Shown here: in pieces, positions 1-12,206 of the stretch
How positions within the stretch are numbered: position 1 is the first letter of the stretch
Layout: every line of letters starts with the position of its first letter
Source of the DNA: Laetmonice hystrix
Taxonomy: Eukaryota
NCBI GenBank assembly: GCA_965235115.1
Contig: OZ249436.1
Coordinates: 16,742,001 to 16,806,000, forward strand
DNA length: 64,000 bases
Reading direction: 5' to 3'
Notes under the pieces: model-generated
Told to the model about the DNA's origin: nothing
The model's database searches: none
Seen by the model: only the letters and a program-made list of their open reading frames with translations
Made by a program: the position numbers and the translations under genes

Positions 1-434
1 ATTCTGAGCTACGTATTTGCGAGAGATTTGGCATATTTTCCTTACTAAATACTGGTCGCTGGGCTATAACAGTCTCACATGATGTTACTGGGAGTCCAAG
101 GTATGCGAATCATATAGACTGCCATAAATCGAAAAAATGAATTTTACGGCTCCCTTTAAGTTAACATATAGGAGTGAATGGAAGGCTGCTGGTTACTGTA
201 AATATCTGTAGCATAAGCTCCTACCTACAATAACTGCAAACTGTCCCGAATTGGGGATCGTGGTAGATCTTGACGCTTTGGCCTCCTGACCTCACAAATT
301 GTTATTACCTACAAAGTAGCTACGAACTGCTACTAATAACCCACGAAGACCGATGGAAACCTGTGAACTGTGGCGAACTAATGCCGAAGATCACCATCTG
401 TTAAAAGGCCCTGTCATGTCAGTTTGTCAAGTCT

Positions 435-1685
435 AGCCTTTTCCCAACCTTCACGATTTTTACGTTGATTCAGGCCGGTTTGGATCGTGAAAAGTCGTAG
501 GGAAGTCTTGAGAGTGTCGTAGATGTAGGCCTAGTCGGGGGAAGTCCTGAACAGTCACAAAAGTTCGCAACCAAGTTGTCATCTCATTTCGTCGTGGCGC
601 AAGTTTAGCCCCGTTCTCATCTGGCCGATTTTGATCCCGGAATGTCATAGTGGTTTGTATTGGTGGCGTCAGAGGATATCAGAGGGGTTCGTAGGCGATT
701 CCTAGGGGATAGTAGGAGTGTTTACGAAGTAATAGAAAGGGTTACGAAGTCCCACGAACCCGGCTACGAACATCTATTATCGGCATGAGTTCCGCACGGT
801 TCGTAGCGTAGTCGTTGGTGATTCGTATGTACATCATAATTTCTTAGATTCGAGCTACCAAGAACCGTTAAGGATTCCGTCGCGCTCTCACGAACTGTTC
901 GGAAATTTGAGGAAGGGGTTAGCATTATGGTGGATCTACCAGGAGGCAAAAATTCCCTCGTTTGACAAAGATTCCACTCAATCAGGATATAAGAGAGGCA
1001 GTTCTGATCTGATATCTGGCCGCCGTGAGGGTTGTACTTTGCATGGGGATGTCACGTGGGCAAACGTAGTCTTAAAGCCTCGGTGCCACCAACGCCGATT
1101 GTTCTACGTCCTATGCCGTTCTATCAAAATCTGAAATTTATTTATTTATTCTAGAACTGCTACGACTGTCAAGGCTTGCTACGATCGTAGGCAGGATCGT
1201 AGCTATTTTTAGCAGATCGTAGGAATTCGTAGGTGAATCGCATGAATTCGGCATATTTTTTCTCTACGATTCATTACGAACAGGCACGAACCACCTACGA
1301 AGTCCTACGAACCACTACGATCTACCTACGAATAATTGACGAACTGCTACGATTTTTTTGTCTGACGAACTTCTTGACGATCTCCCTACGATCTCGAGAT
1401 CGTAGCAGTTCGGGACCCAATTCGGGAATGTGCCTACGAATATTTACGAACAATCACGACACTAACATGACATGACATGACTACGATATTGTTAAGACAT
1501 TTGACGATCCGTGACAAGTTCGCGAACTACCACGATTTTTTTGAACATTTTGAAACTTGCGCCACGACAAAACAAGACGACGACTTGGTTGCGAACTTTT
1601 GCGACTGTTCAGGATCTCCCCCGATTAAAACTACGACACCCTCATGACTGCGGCGTAAAAAAATCGTGAAAGTGGGAAAGGGGCT
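435..1685. mobile_element. Non-autonomous DNA transposon with long imperfect TIRs (Harbinger-like ends)
   Basis: agccttttcccaaccttcacgattttt..gaacagtcacaaaagttcgcaaccaag versus cttggttgcgaacttttgcgactgttc..aaaaatcgtgaaagtgggaaaggggct; internal tcgtag/ctacga subterminal motifs; no clean TSD. Confidence 0.75.
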
Positions 1686-1699
1686 TAACTGGGGCTTCA

Positions 1700-3116
1700 A
1701 GCCCCTTTCCCACCTTCACAATTCTTACGCTTATTCACGCCGATGTCAGATCGTGGCAAGTTTTAGGGAAGTCTTGGGGGTAAATTTAGTTTGGGGAAGA
1801 CCTGAACAGCCGCAAAAGTTTGTTGGTTGTCCCTTATGAAAATCCTGCATCCCCCACTATGGGGGATATCGCCCCGTCCCCCTCCCCCCTCCCCTCAGCA
1901 GTGGCGCCCCTGATTACATGGACCTTCGTAGTCACTTCGATGGCATATGAATTTTCAGGAACCCAGACCTGCCAAGTCCCCCGGTTTCACCGGGGGACTC
2001 CCGGTTTTTAACCTGATCCCCCGTCCCCCCGGTATGTCACAATTTTCTCACGGTAAATTGAAAACTCATGTATGCACACAAATGTACACAAAACACAAGA
2101 AAAAAGATAGATTGGACAATTGAGTATGTTTTTAAGTACATGTAGCAACCAGATCTATATGCAACGCAAAACACTAAAAAAGGATAATGTAACCAAGTGG
2201 GGGTCGGACTTCGATAAATGGGTGGTGGAATTGGACCCTCGTGGTCACAGGAGACAACACAACACCGGGTTCTTCAGCAACTCAGTCTATTAGACTTAAG
2301 ACGTACAGCATGGTGCGGCGATCGTGGAGGTTGAGTGGTTTCTCGGCTCGGCCAGTCCTTCTATCAGCTTGTCCCGTCCCGTTCTGCCTAGCCTGTCTAC
2401 TGCTGCCATATTTATACCCCGGGCGCCTCTCCCTGGGCGTTCCCGTCTTATCATGTTTGCATTCTTTCACGTAATTTTACGTCTAGACTATGTCTGGAAA
2501 GGACCATTTCGCACGGTATGACCGGCGTTTCACTTAACCTTAAGGCCCTCAGCTATGTCACAATCATTGCAAACGATATGTTATAAGACCTATTAACCCT
2601 TAACCCTGAACTATGTACGGGCGGCCGTAACTATGGTAACGCACCCCAACTGCCTAATAATGTTTACGTCAATACCGTGGGACCCTATTATCTGTGGAAT
2701 TTCCAAATCTCTGTGGTCATTAATTCATGTGTAGAATGTAGTGGCTCCATACTAACGTTTCTCCTCCACTCATAGGTCTATATCAGCTTCATAATATAGT
2801 CTCCAGGTTTTCCCCCAAAAATCTCCAGGTTTTCCCCCAAAAATCCCCCGGTTTTCCTCCCAATTTCCAGGTTTTTGGACACCAATCTCCCGGTTTCTTC
2901 TCTCTGTAGGTTGGCAGGTCTGGGAACCATCACGACACTAAAGAAGTAAAGTCGACCTAACATGGTGCGATCTTCTTGTAATACGATACGATGTCCTAGC
3001 ATATCTTGGGGTATCGTATTGTAGATAATCGCATGACTATAGAATGAGAAAGAGAGAGACTAGGTTGCGAACTTTTGCAACTGTTCGGTATTTAGGAAGG
3101 TGGGGAAAAGGTTTTA
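1700..3116. mobile_element. Second, degenerate copy of the same TIR family, carrying nested insertions
   Basis: The left end (1700-1825) and right end (3062-3116) resemble the TIRs of 435-1685. Confidence 0.55.
1964..2922. mobile_element. Non-autonomous hAT-like element, 6-bp TSD
   Basis: TIR CAGACCTGCCAA/TTGGCAGGTCTG; TSD GGAACC at 1958-1963 and 2923-2928. Confidence 0.85.
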
Positions 3117-3240
3117 GAATGCCATCTAGTTATAGTTTCTTCGATTCCTAAGATAGGAATCTCCGCTGTTTTTATTCACAGTAAAATATATTCGTAATAT
3201 CAGCAATATTTGGTTACATGGATCATACATTGTGCTGCAG

Positions 3241-5089
3241 GCAAAGATTATGACAAGGTTGGCAACTATAAACCATGGCTGAGTGAAGCCTCCCTGGCCG
3301 AGTTCAACAAGAGGGCGAAATGTTTGGTGAACCAGTACGGTCAATACGAGATTCTGCCGGGGGTGAAGGTTTGTAATTTATACTTTTATCAAACTTTCTC
3401 GGACTAATTCAACTTCTAATTCAAGTGTAAGTTGGATTCATTCCTTCTTGTTTATTTATTTTGTTTATTTTTCTGAGGCCCCTTATTTTTAGATTTCCTC
3501 TCTTTTTTGATGTTATGACTATATTTCAATAATATATATAGTATTTGAATAAAATAAAACAAGTGTGTTAATAGCATTTATTTTGTGTGTGTGCAATAAA
3601 GGTAGAATCAAATCATGCCGAGCATATTAGCGAGGCTATAAAAAAATTGTGGGCCCCCCTCCTTATCAAAATATTGAATCTCCCACTGTACTACTGCGGT
3701 AAAAGAACTGTGTGTGGTTGATGTCTGCAACATTAGGTGGACGGAGAGCTGACATTGGGGGAGAACATCGCCGATAATGGGGGTATCAAGGTGGCCTATG
3801 ACGCCTACCAGAGTTGGCGGAAGGCCCGCGGTGACAAGTCGGGACTCGACCCCAAACTGCCTGGCCTCGATCTGACACATGATCAGCTCTTCTTCGTCGC
3901 TTTGGCAATGGTAAGATTCAACTGCTCTAGAAGGTGTTCCCTTTAAAAATGACCATCATGAAGGACCGTAGAATGGGTTCTCCTGACCGTTAAGCCTAAT
4001 GGAGTAAGAATGACCGTCGTGAAGGACCATATAGAATGGGTTCTCATAACCTTTAAATACAGTCAGAATGACCGTCCTGACGGGGCATCAATAAACAGCG
4101 AAGTGAGCGAACTGAACGAACTGAGCGAACTGAGATCGATTAGTCATGCTACAAGCCAGTCTCGAATTTTAAAACTAAGAAAGTGTCAGTGTTATACATG
4201 TTAACCAAACTTTGTGCACTCTCCAGCCCTGGTGTACTACGGCTACAGACGCCATCTACCGGAAGCTCATAAAAACAGACGTACACTCGCCTGGAAAATT
4301 CAGGTACAGCATTCCTTACATTACTCGCCTAAAAAATCCAGTAACACTTTCCCCACACACCTGGCAGACACCGGTAACACTTTCCCCACACACCTGGCAG
4401 ACACCGGTAACACTTTCTCCACACACCTTGCAAACACAGCTAACACTTACACAACTCACCTGGCAAATACAGGTAACATTACAACACACACCTGGCAGAC
4501 ACAGGTAACACACAACTCACCTGGCAAATACAGGTAACATTACACCACATACCTGGCAGACACAGGTAACACATAACTCACCTGGCAAATAACATTAGTC
4601 ATTACACCACACACCTGGCAGACCCAGGTAACACATAACTCACCTGGAAAATACATGTACAGGTAACATTACACCACACAACTGACAGACACAGGTAACA
4701 CTGACACAACTCACCTGGCAAATACAGGTAATATTACACCACATACCTGGCAGACACAGGTAACACATAACTCACCTGGCAAATACAGGTAACATTACAC
4801 CACACACCTGACAGACACAGGTAACACTGACACAACTCACCTGGCAAATACAGGTAACATTACACCACACACCTGACAGACACAGGTAACACTGACACAA
4901 CTCACCTGGCAAATACAGGTAACATTACACCACATACCATTCATCGCCATTCATCTCCTGTTTACTGTCAGCTATTTGTACTGTTTCAGGGTAATTGGGC
5001 CGCCAAGAAACTACGACAAGTTCTCCGAAGTCTTCAACTGTCCTATCGGCAGCTACATGAATCCCAGAGATAAATGTATCATCTGGTGA
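3241..5089 (+). CDS. M13 family zinc metallopeptidase (neprilysin/endothelin-converting enzyme-like), last four coding exons; 5' part outside window
   Basis: Exons 3241-3368, 3737-3910, 4227-4303 and 4990-5089 are joined by GT..AG introns with consistent phases. Translation contains [11 protein letters not shown] (M13 ExxD zinc-ligand motif), [18 protein letters not shown] and the C-terminus [18 protein letters not shown], typical of M13 peptidases. Confidence 0.95.
4304..4935. repeat. Intronic minisatellite (about 30-34 bp units) derived from an M13 exon end plus donor
   Basis: Unit actcacctggcaaatacaggtaacatt versus junction actcgcctggaaaattcag|gtacagcatt. Confidence 0.9.
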
Positions 5090-5154
5090 TAGAGGATTGA
5101 AAAGCCATTAATGACAACAATATATGGATAGATGTAGTGTCAAATTTCACAGTC

Positions 5155-5960
5155 AGGCTGTTAGTTGACCAATGAACATGTTCACCAATCATGCTGTTAG
5201 TCGTTTGACCAATGAACATGTTTAACAATCATGCTGTTAGTTGTTTGACCAATGAACATGTTTAACAATCATGCTGTTAGTTGTTTGACCAATGGACATG
5301 TTCACCAATCATGCTGTTAGTTGACCAATGAACATGTTTAACAATCATACTATTAGTTGTTTGACCAATGGACATGTTCACCAATCATGCTGTTAGTTGA
5401 CTAATGAACATGTTTAACAATCATACTGTTAGTTGTTTAACCAATGGACATGTTCACCAATCATGCTGTTAGTTGACTAATGAACATGTTTAACAATCAT
5501 GCTGTTAGTCGTTTGAGCAATGAACATGTTTAACAATCATGCTGTTAGTTGTTTAACCAATGGACATGCTCACCAATCATGCTGGGTATATCGCCCATGA
5601 TAACTTAAACCCCACGAAATTTGGTGGAAAGTAAAGATCCATGGCCCTGACCTTATCCCTAAACCTTAACCCCAGTCCCTACACCTCCCAAAAACATATC
5701 CCTATCCTATCCCTATCCCTATCCTTGACCTTAACCCTAACCCCTGCCCAAACATTTCGTGGAAAGTTATCATGGGGGAAGAACCTCATGCGGTAAGTTG
5801 ACTAATGAACATGTTTAACAATCATGCTGTTAGTTGTTTGACCAATGGACATGTTCACCAAACAGCTAGTCGTTTGACCAATGAACATGTTAAGCAATTA
5901 TGCTGTTAGTTCACCAGTGAGCATGTTAACCAATCATGCTGTCAGTAACTGTTTTTGACC
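5155..5960. repeat. 3'UTR minisatellite, 36-40 bp unit
   Basis: (atgctgttagttgtttgaccaatgaacatgtttaacaatc)n. Confidence 0.95.
5585..5785. mobile_element. MITE with telomere-like (CCCTAA/CCCTAT) interior, inserted in a 3'UTR minisatellite
   Basis: Imperfect TIRs (..cccatgataactt..ccacgaaat / atttcgtgg..aagttatcatggg..); near-perfect 8-bp TSD tcatgctg/tcatgcgg. Confidence 0.75.
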
Positions 5961-6119
5961 AAGAAACAAGTTGTATGCATACTGCTGGTCGGTTAATTTG
6001 CCACAAAAATGTCATTGCTCTTAGATTTGAGACTTTTTGCAATCGCTGATGTTTCGCTTGTAATGAAAGCTTCTATAATCACTGCGCATGGGTTTGTTAT
6101 TCAAATAACTTCTGTGCTG

Positions 6120-6125
6120 AATAAA
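6120..6125 (+). promoter_or_regulatory. Candidate polyadenylation signal of the M13 peptidase gene
   Basis: AATAAA about 1 kb after the TGA at 5087-5089. Confidence 0.5.
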
Positions 6126-6635
6126 GATGTTTATCAAAGTAGCCTCCTTCTGCAATGACTCTCGCCAGCTCTTGTAATGTCAGTATAATTGGATAACCTC
6201 CTTCTGATCCACTGACTGGGGTGTTATTGGTCTTCAACCCCGAGTTATGTTAACGCAAGTTGGTACGGTGTCCCATAAAGCACGGTATACACGAGTACTG
6301 GAACGACGTCTCGTTGTGTCGTGTATAATCGCCAGCCGTGCAACCACCCTTGCCACGACAGTTGCCGGTTGTTGCTGGTCGTCGCTAAATAAACCATTTT
6401 ATACAGATTATTTAAAAGTAAAATTATATAGTAATTAGACATGTCCGTCCCTTATATGACACCATAAATTGGGACTAGCACCCGTCCTCTTCCGGTGTTT
6501 GCATTGTGCAGGCGTACTTGCCTGCTCCCAAGTGTTTGTTGGGCCAGGACGAACCCCGGCGCGTCAAATGTTGTTTGTTGGTGAATCACACACCACTCCC
6601 TGGTGTACTCTGGCCGAAGAGTACAAACATAATCA

Positions 6636-6835
6636 GCTGGAAGATTTCGATCCTCGGGTCAGATGTTGCTACTCGGCTCGCCGATTTCGAATCTCGGCTC
6701 GCCAATTTCGCTACTCCGGTCAAATGTTGCTACGCGGGTCGTCTGTAGCAACCACTTTTGTCATTTTTACCACTTTTGTCACAGGTCACCACTTTTGTCG
6801 CACAAAATGCCCACTTTTGTCACAGGTCACTACTA
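6636..6835 (+). repeat. Dispersed repeat (gctactcgg / cacttttgtcac motifs); inverted partner at 8470-8787
   Basis: Reverse-complement similarity to 8470-8787. Confidence 0.8.
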
Positions 6836-7002
6836 ATGCGTAGGCTCGCAAGTTATAAAATTTGAAATTATTAAAAGAAAAGGCCGGAGAAGGCGTGTAA
6901 ATGTATTTTCAACTTTTTCATTTCATTTTGAACGAAAGGGGATCCTCCCAGCCAGGTCTGCTTCGGGGCGCCGTGCATAGTAGTGGTAGTATAGAATGTA
7001 AG

Positions 7003-7140
7003 TGAGAGAGAGACAGACCGACAGACTGAGGGGAAAGAGATATAGGGAGGGCGATAGAGGGAGGGAGACAGAGAGGGAGAGAGAGAGAGGGAGAAAGGGG
7101 CAGAGAGGGAGGCATACAGAGAAAGATAGAGGGAGAAAAG
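7003..7140. repeat. GA-rich low-complexity tract
   Basis: Purine-rich run directly beyond the copy A terminator. Confidence 0.9.
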
Positions 7141-7510
7141 GTGAACATGGTCTTAGTCGACTAGATTCGTTCATCCTACCGTTCGAAGATCTGGCGTCTG
7201 AGACAACACGTGATAACCCAATGGTAGCCGCCATACGGAACTATGCCACAGATCGACCCACTGACGGGGAACGGGTTGTATTGCTACATCCCTTTAGAAG
7301 AGTCGTATCGCACTTTTCTCAGCCTTGCACCCTCCCGGCTCCAAGTGGATACTGTGTGACTCATCATACTGTCAGTGTTTGAACCATTAGCACGTGTTGC
7401 CAGACTACGACCGAACGTGGACCCATGCAAGCTCCTTCCGACCCATCAGCCAGTTCATGGGAGACAGACCCGAGTCTATCTAAGCGATACTTTCAGACGT
7501 GACCGTTCAC
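7136..7510 (-). ncRNA. Unidentified structured ncRNA gene, copy A (about 375 nt), putative type 3 Pol III transcript
   Basis: TATATAAAG begins 34-35 nt upstream. 5' GUGAAC-GGUC pairs with 3' GACC-AU-GUUCAC immediately before UUUU. No internal T4. Conserved blocks are shared with copies B and C. Confidence 0.7.
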
Positions 7511-7536
7511 TGTACATGTGACCAGTGGTTTCGTGG

Positions 7537-7850
7537 CTTTATATAGTGGGGAGGTCAAGCCGGACCTCCAGAGTGGTGTCCAACACAACCACATTGTTTT
7601 AGTAAGATAAAAACATTTTACAGGCAGCAACCAAAGCCCTGGAGGTGGAGATCCCGTCTGTAGCACTACAAATAGGGTGACCATCCATAGTTTCTTCCTG
7701 CAAGTTGATTTTCTTAAAAGATATTAATAAAAATGATAAAATCAGGGCAGCATGGACAATGAGGCACGTGACACCGACGTTCTGCATACGACAGTCGTCA
7801 CCAAGCGTCAAGGTCCACATAGTTACAGTCATTTATATACAAATTAGCAT
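7537..7850 (-). promoter_or_regulatory. Type 3 Pol III-like promoter of ncRNA copy A
   Basis: TATA 7545-7537; PSE-like ACACCACTCTGGAGGTCC 7579-7562; CACGTG 7765-7770; octamer variant ATTAGCAT/ATGCTAAT 7843-7850. Confidence 0.6.
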
Positions 7851-8469
7851 CTCACCTCCAAAACCAATTGCCTACGTGGCTGTATTTTAGTGGGTTCTTT
7901 ACCACAAAGCAATATAAGTGAACACCGACTTAAACATCAGAAGGTTTTCCAGGTAGAACAGTATTTCATATTAATCAAGACACCATTTCCACCGTCCTGT
8001 CTGTCCAAATGAAAACAAGGTGCTACAACCAAGTATGTCTGGCGGCGTCATACTGTGTACAGGTAAAACTGTTGACTGTAACTGACTGACTGACGTACAG
8101 AGTCACCGGCGTGAGGTGTGACAAACAAACCTGGACAATAGAAACCACTACCTGGTATTTATAGCACAGGAGTGTATTAGATCAGGGCGTATACTGGCAT
8201 ATCTTTCTCCTACTCTATTTACCACACAGATCTTGCTTACTTTCATACAGTAATTCAATAAATTATGCCCAGTGGTAAATTAATCACTTAATTATTGTTT
8301 GTTCATGAAGGAGTAAAAGTTTTAATAGCAACTAATGCAATGTGTGCCCCTAATTGCATGGATCTGTAGCTATATTCGTAAACCATCTCATTTCTGCCAT
8401 GCTGTCTTTTTTGGTCTTTACAAGTTTGACAAAACCGGTCAAAAATTATGACTAAAGTGATGTCCTTAA

Positions 8470-8787
8470 GAACGACAAAAGTGGGCGACGTTGTGACAAA
8501 AGTAGTGAGCTGTGACAAAAGTGGGCATTTTGTGTGACAAAAGTGGTGACCTGTGACAAAAATGGTAAAAATGACAAAAGTGGTTGGTACAGTCGTCGAT
8601 TTCGATCCTCGGCTCGCAGGTTTCGGTACTCGGGTCCAATGTCCCGAGTAGCGAAATCTGCGAGCCGAGTAGCAACATTGGACACGAGTACTGAAATCTG
8701 CGAGCCGAGGATCGATATCGACAAACCGAGTAGCAACATCTGACCAGAGTAGCGACATTTGTGACCCGAGGATCGAAATCCCCCAGC
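8470..8787 (-). repeat. Inverted copy of the 6636-6835 repeat
   Basis: gtgacaaaagtg and ccgagtagc motifs, the reverse complement of 6636-6835. Confidence 0.8.
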
Positions 8788-11700
8788 CGAGAATGTTTGT
8801 TCTTTTCCAGTCCAGTCAAAAATCACATTTGGACAGCTGCAAGGCCTCTATATACACTCACCTTTCAGAGTAGCCTACGTAGTAAGCCTTGCCGCCGCGC
8901 CAGCAAGGCTTACAGACAGCCGATGTAAATTCCTTGCCGGTCATACCACACACAGGCCAGACCACCACCGCTTGAACTGATCAACTCACTAGCATCCATT
9001 TATCTCGACAGTACTTGTGTGGAGTCCAGAAGCAGTGTTTCTAATAGTACAGAGTCAAATTCATGTCTATATAGATCACCCGCTTAACGGCGTTTTACCG
9101 GCCGCCATGTTGCCTTTGATATCCCAGCATGCATCTCTCCGACGGTCAACGAGCATTGAAATTTCTCGGTTTGAGAGATGTGACTGTCTTTATTGTGTCG
9201 CATCGTGCTTTTCCAGCTTGCAGATATGAGAGATAAGTTATTTTGAGTTTATTTATCAATATTTCATCAACATAATATGTTGATGTTGATGTATGCCATG
9301 AAAAGCCCTCCCTTGTCTCTATATTATAGAGACAAGGGAGGGCTTTTCATGGCAGACAGAGGATTTGTCCGGGTACGCTCGGAAATTCTGAACAGCGACC
9401 TTCGGCTCTGTACAGAGCACAGAGCCGAATTCTTTGGCTACTTTCAGAGTAGTGGTTGGAAATAAATGTCCCCCTATTCCAAGAAGTCATAAGTTGAACA
9501 TGACAACCGTGTCAAAATCACTGGCTTCAGCAGCGCAGCCATTTGTTGCTATAAGGGCTGGCCGGAAGTGACGTTCCAGGGCCCGTCTATTGCATGCCGG
9601 GGCTAGGCTAGACTTGGCCAAAGTAAAGGCAGCCGAGGCGGGTCGGCAACTTAACGGGGGTCAGTCCCACAGTCACAGTCACAACCAAACGCTACAGGTC
9701 CGCGGTCGGAGCCAGGGCCCGGCCCCCGGCCCAGTGAACCTGGGCTCCGTCAACATCGCACCTCCGAGCGGGACGAATTGAATGCAGGCGGCCGAAACCC
9801 ACGGCTGGAGCTTGCCCAGATCCGTGTCCACCCTGATATATCCCTTGACATCGGTAGGCTTAATTCCTATCCATTCCTCATCACTATGATCGATGGTTTT
9901 CGTTTATGTTCTAACAAATTTTGCTTATAAGCTGTCAACATTAACGCTACCTTTCGAATCGCTCAACGCAACAGGTGCGTCAGTTTTTCGTTCCTCCCAA
10001 ACTGGAGAGCAGTGGTCCGAGCATGCGCAGTGTGAGATTAGCCCAAGGAGCAGACGCTAATGGCGGCCACTAGCAGCGGAGTAGGTTCTAAGCAGGCTCC
10101 GGCACTAAAGTGCTTATATCTTAACTATTTGAACACCAATTGTGATCAAATCTTTTTTAAATTACTTAGAATATCACGGCCTGTGTGCCTGGCCTGTACA
10201 CATTGGCGGTGGACGTTTCTTTTTTAAAGAAACGAAAATAATAGAAATCTTGACAGGCAGCTAATAGGCAGGCATGTTAGGTACTTTTGGTTCACATTCT
10301 TCCGAAGGTAGCTATTGTATTAATATTAATATTAACCAATAATGTTGGCAGTGTTTAATTAGGGTACGTTTGAAAGTGACCTTGACCTTGAGACAAGATC
10401 AGATTCAGATTCCCCTACCCCCGAAAATCCCCCACAATTTGGTATTTTTCATGGTTTTTATCCCATTTAAAAAAACGCTTCAGCTCTGACCTCGGTGGTG
10501 GCCATATTGGATGTCACCAATATGTCCCCGTGGGCAATCATCTGACGAAACGTGAAAGGCCGAGAAGCAGAGAATAGTATTATAGAACCTTTGATTTTAG
10601 TGTTTTGATTGTGAAAAGAAGAAAACCATGCAGCACATGATAAGATGGTTTTATTGCCTTTGTACAAAATGAGTTGTTTCATCAACCATCCGCGTCAGAT
10701 GTTGATGAACCGTTGTCAGCCTTGAGGGTTCAGAGTCCGCAGACAACACGTGGTCTGCCTCCGTAATCGCTACTCATCGTCTTTAAACTTCTCTTTATAT
10801 ACAGTAATGACTCAATAAAATAATATTAGTATTGCATTATTATTATTATTTTCATTATTATAATAATTACAATTTTAAGCAATGACTCAATTGAAACAAA
10901 TATTATTGCATCTCCCCTTGATCGTCCACTCCAAAAACTGCCCCCAAGCGGACCTGGGCTGAACTGACAGCCAACATTCAATTTAAGATAATAATAATGC
11001 TATTACAGGGCCGTAGCCTGAAGGGGGTCAAGGGGGACAACTGCCCCCCTAGGATTTCCAGTTAAAAAAAATTGGGCCTCATATTGACACCTGGGGTGGT
11101 TTGACTAAGCCCCAAAGACGTCTTTGAACTGGTCGCTGAGCCAAAGAGGTCTTTGCGGCGACGGGTGTTTCAGTTAAGTCAGCATGAACAGGACAAACAT
11201 CTTTTAGACAAATTCACCGTCATATCTTTGTCAGGTATCTCACCCGACCTGTTTGAACTTTCTCTTCTCTCCGTGTCAGGATCTACTGGCCATAACCCCC
11301 GCCACACCGCCACCCAAAATGCAACATACTTTAAAGGAACTCCTTTTATTTTCAACCGTTTGGCTAATTCTATTGGGCAATAAATGGGCACGAGTGGTTG
11401 TTTTCTATTGACCTTCCTTGTGAAGGCCAGTTTTACCGTCGCCAGCGTGAGTCTGAGGTGTTCAGCTGGGGCAAGCTTCTAAAGGCATTGTCTTCTGCCG
11501 TTCTGCAAGAGATTGATTAAAAAATATGGCATTTCGTAAAAAAAAGTTAGGTGATCCTTTCTTTCATGGGATTTAGTAGGGCTGAAACGATACACTTATG
11601 CCACGATAAGTTACGTATCACGATACAACAAACGATACGATATATCTCACGATAGTTTTCCAGTTGTATAGTACACTTGATTTATGCTTAGACTGCCACA

Positions 11701-11866
11701 GAGAATCAGGACTCAGAAGCTTGGGTCAAAATACTGTGTAATGTATTGTGAGCTATTTCAGCGACCGATTGCACCTGAGGAATCAAGTTCTGGGACTAGA
11801 GTGTCCCAGGACACTTTTTATTATCATTTGTATCGAGCTGAGAGTAACTAAAAATTCAGAGTACTT

Positions 11867-12181
11867 AAAAATGGGGAATTGATCCTGGAGACTTGGTCCA
11901 AGTCCTATACCGTTCGAAGATCTGGCGTCTGGAGAACACACGATAGCCCATTGAGAGTCAACTGATTTGGAACCTTGCCGCAGATTGAGCCCACTGACGG
12001 GGTATGGGTTGTATTGCTACATCCCTTTAGAAGAGTTGTGTCACACTTATCGCCGAGTTACACCCTCACCTCTCCAAGTGGACACATACCAACCGAGCCG
12101 AACTCTTCGTACTGTCAGGTTTTCAACAGCGTCTGTTTCCAGACTACGACCGAACGTGGAGACCGGCGCCTCGCTGTTCCC
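11867..12181 (-). ncRNA. Unidentified structured ncRNA gene, copy B (about 315 nt)
   Basis: TATA at 12215-12207, PSE-like box 12249-12232, octamer ATGCAAAT 12499-12506. 5' GGGAA pairs with 3' UUCCC before UUUUU. No internal T4. Confidence 0.7.
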
Positions 12182-12206
12182 TACATTACTACAGTGGTGG
12201 TAATTG

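Noticed and set aside
1..159. Kolobok-like right end (..ccctttaa)
   Set aside because: The partner end is outside the window, so it cannot be verified.
460..1475. Short ORFs in the first 1.5 kb
   Set aside because: They lie within a non-autonomous TIR element and show no transposase motifs.
7136..7510. Identifying the ncRNA as SRP/7SL, 7SK, RNase P/MRP, telomerase RNA or a hammerhead
   Set aside because: No shared SRP helix-8 motif (GGUCGGAAGGAGC occurs only in A's extra segment); no clear 7SK GAUC/GAUC hairpin; no RNase P/MRP CR-I/CR-V; no CUAACCCU template; no CUGAUGA..GAAA core. By-eye exclusion only; an Rfam search is still needed.
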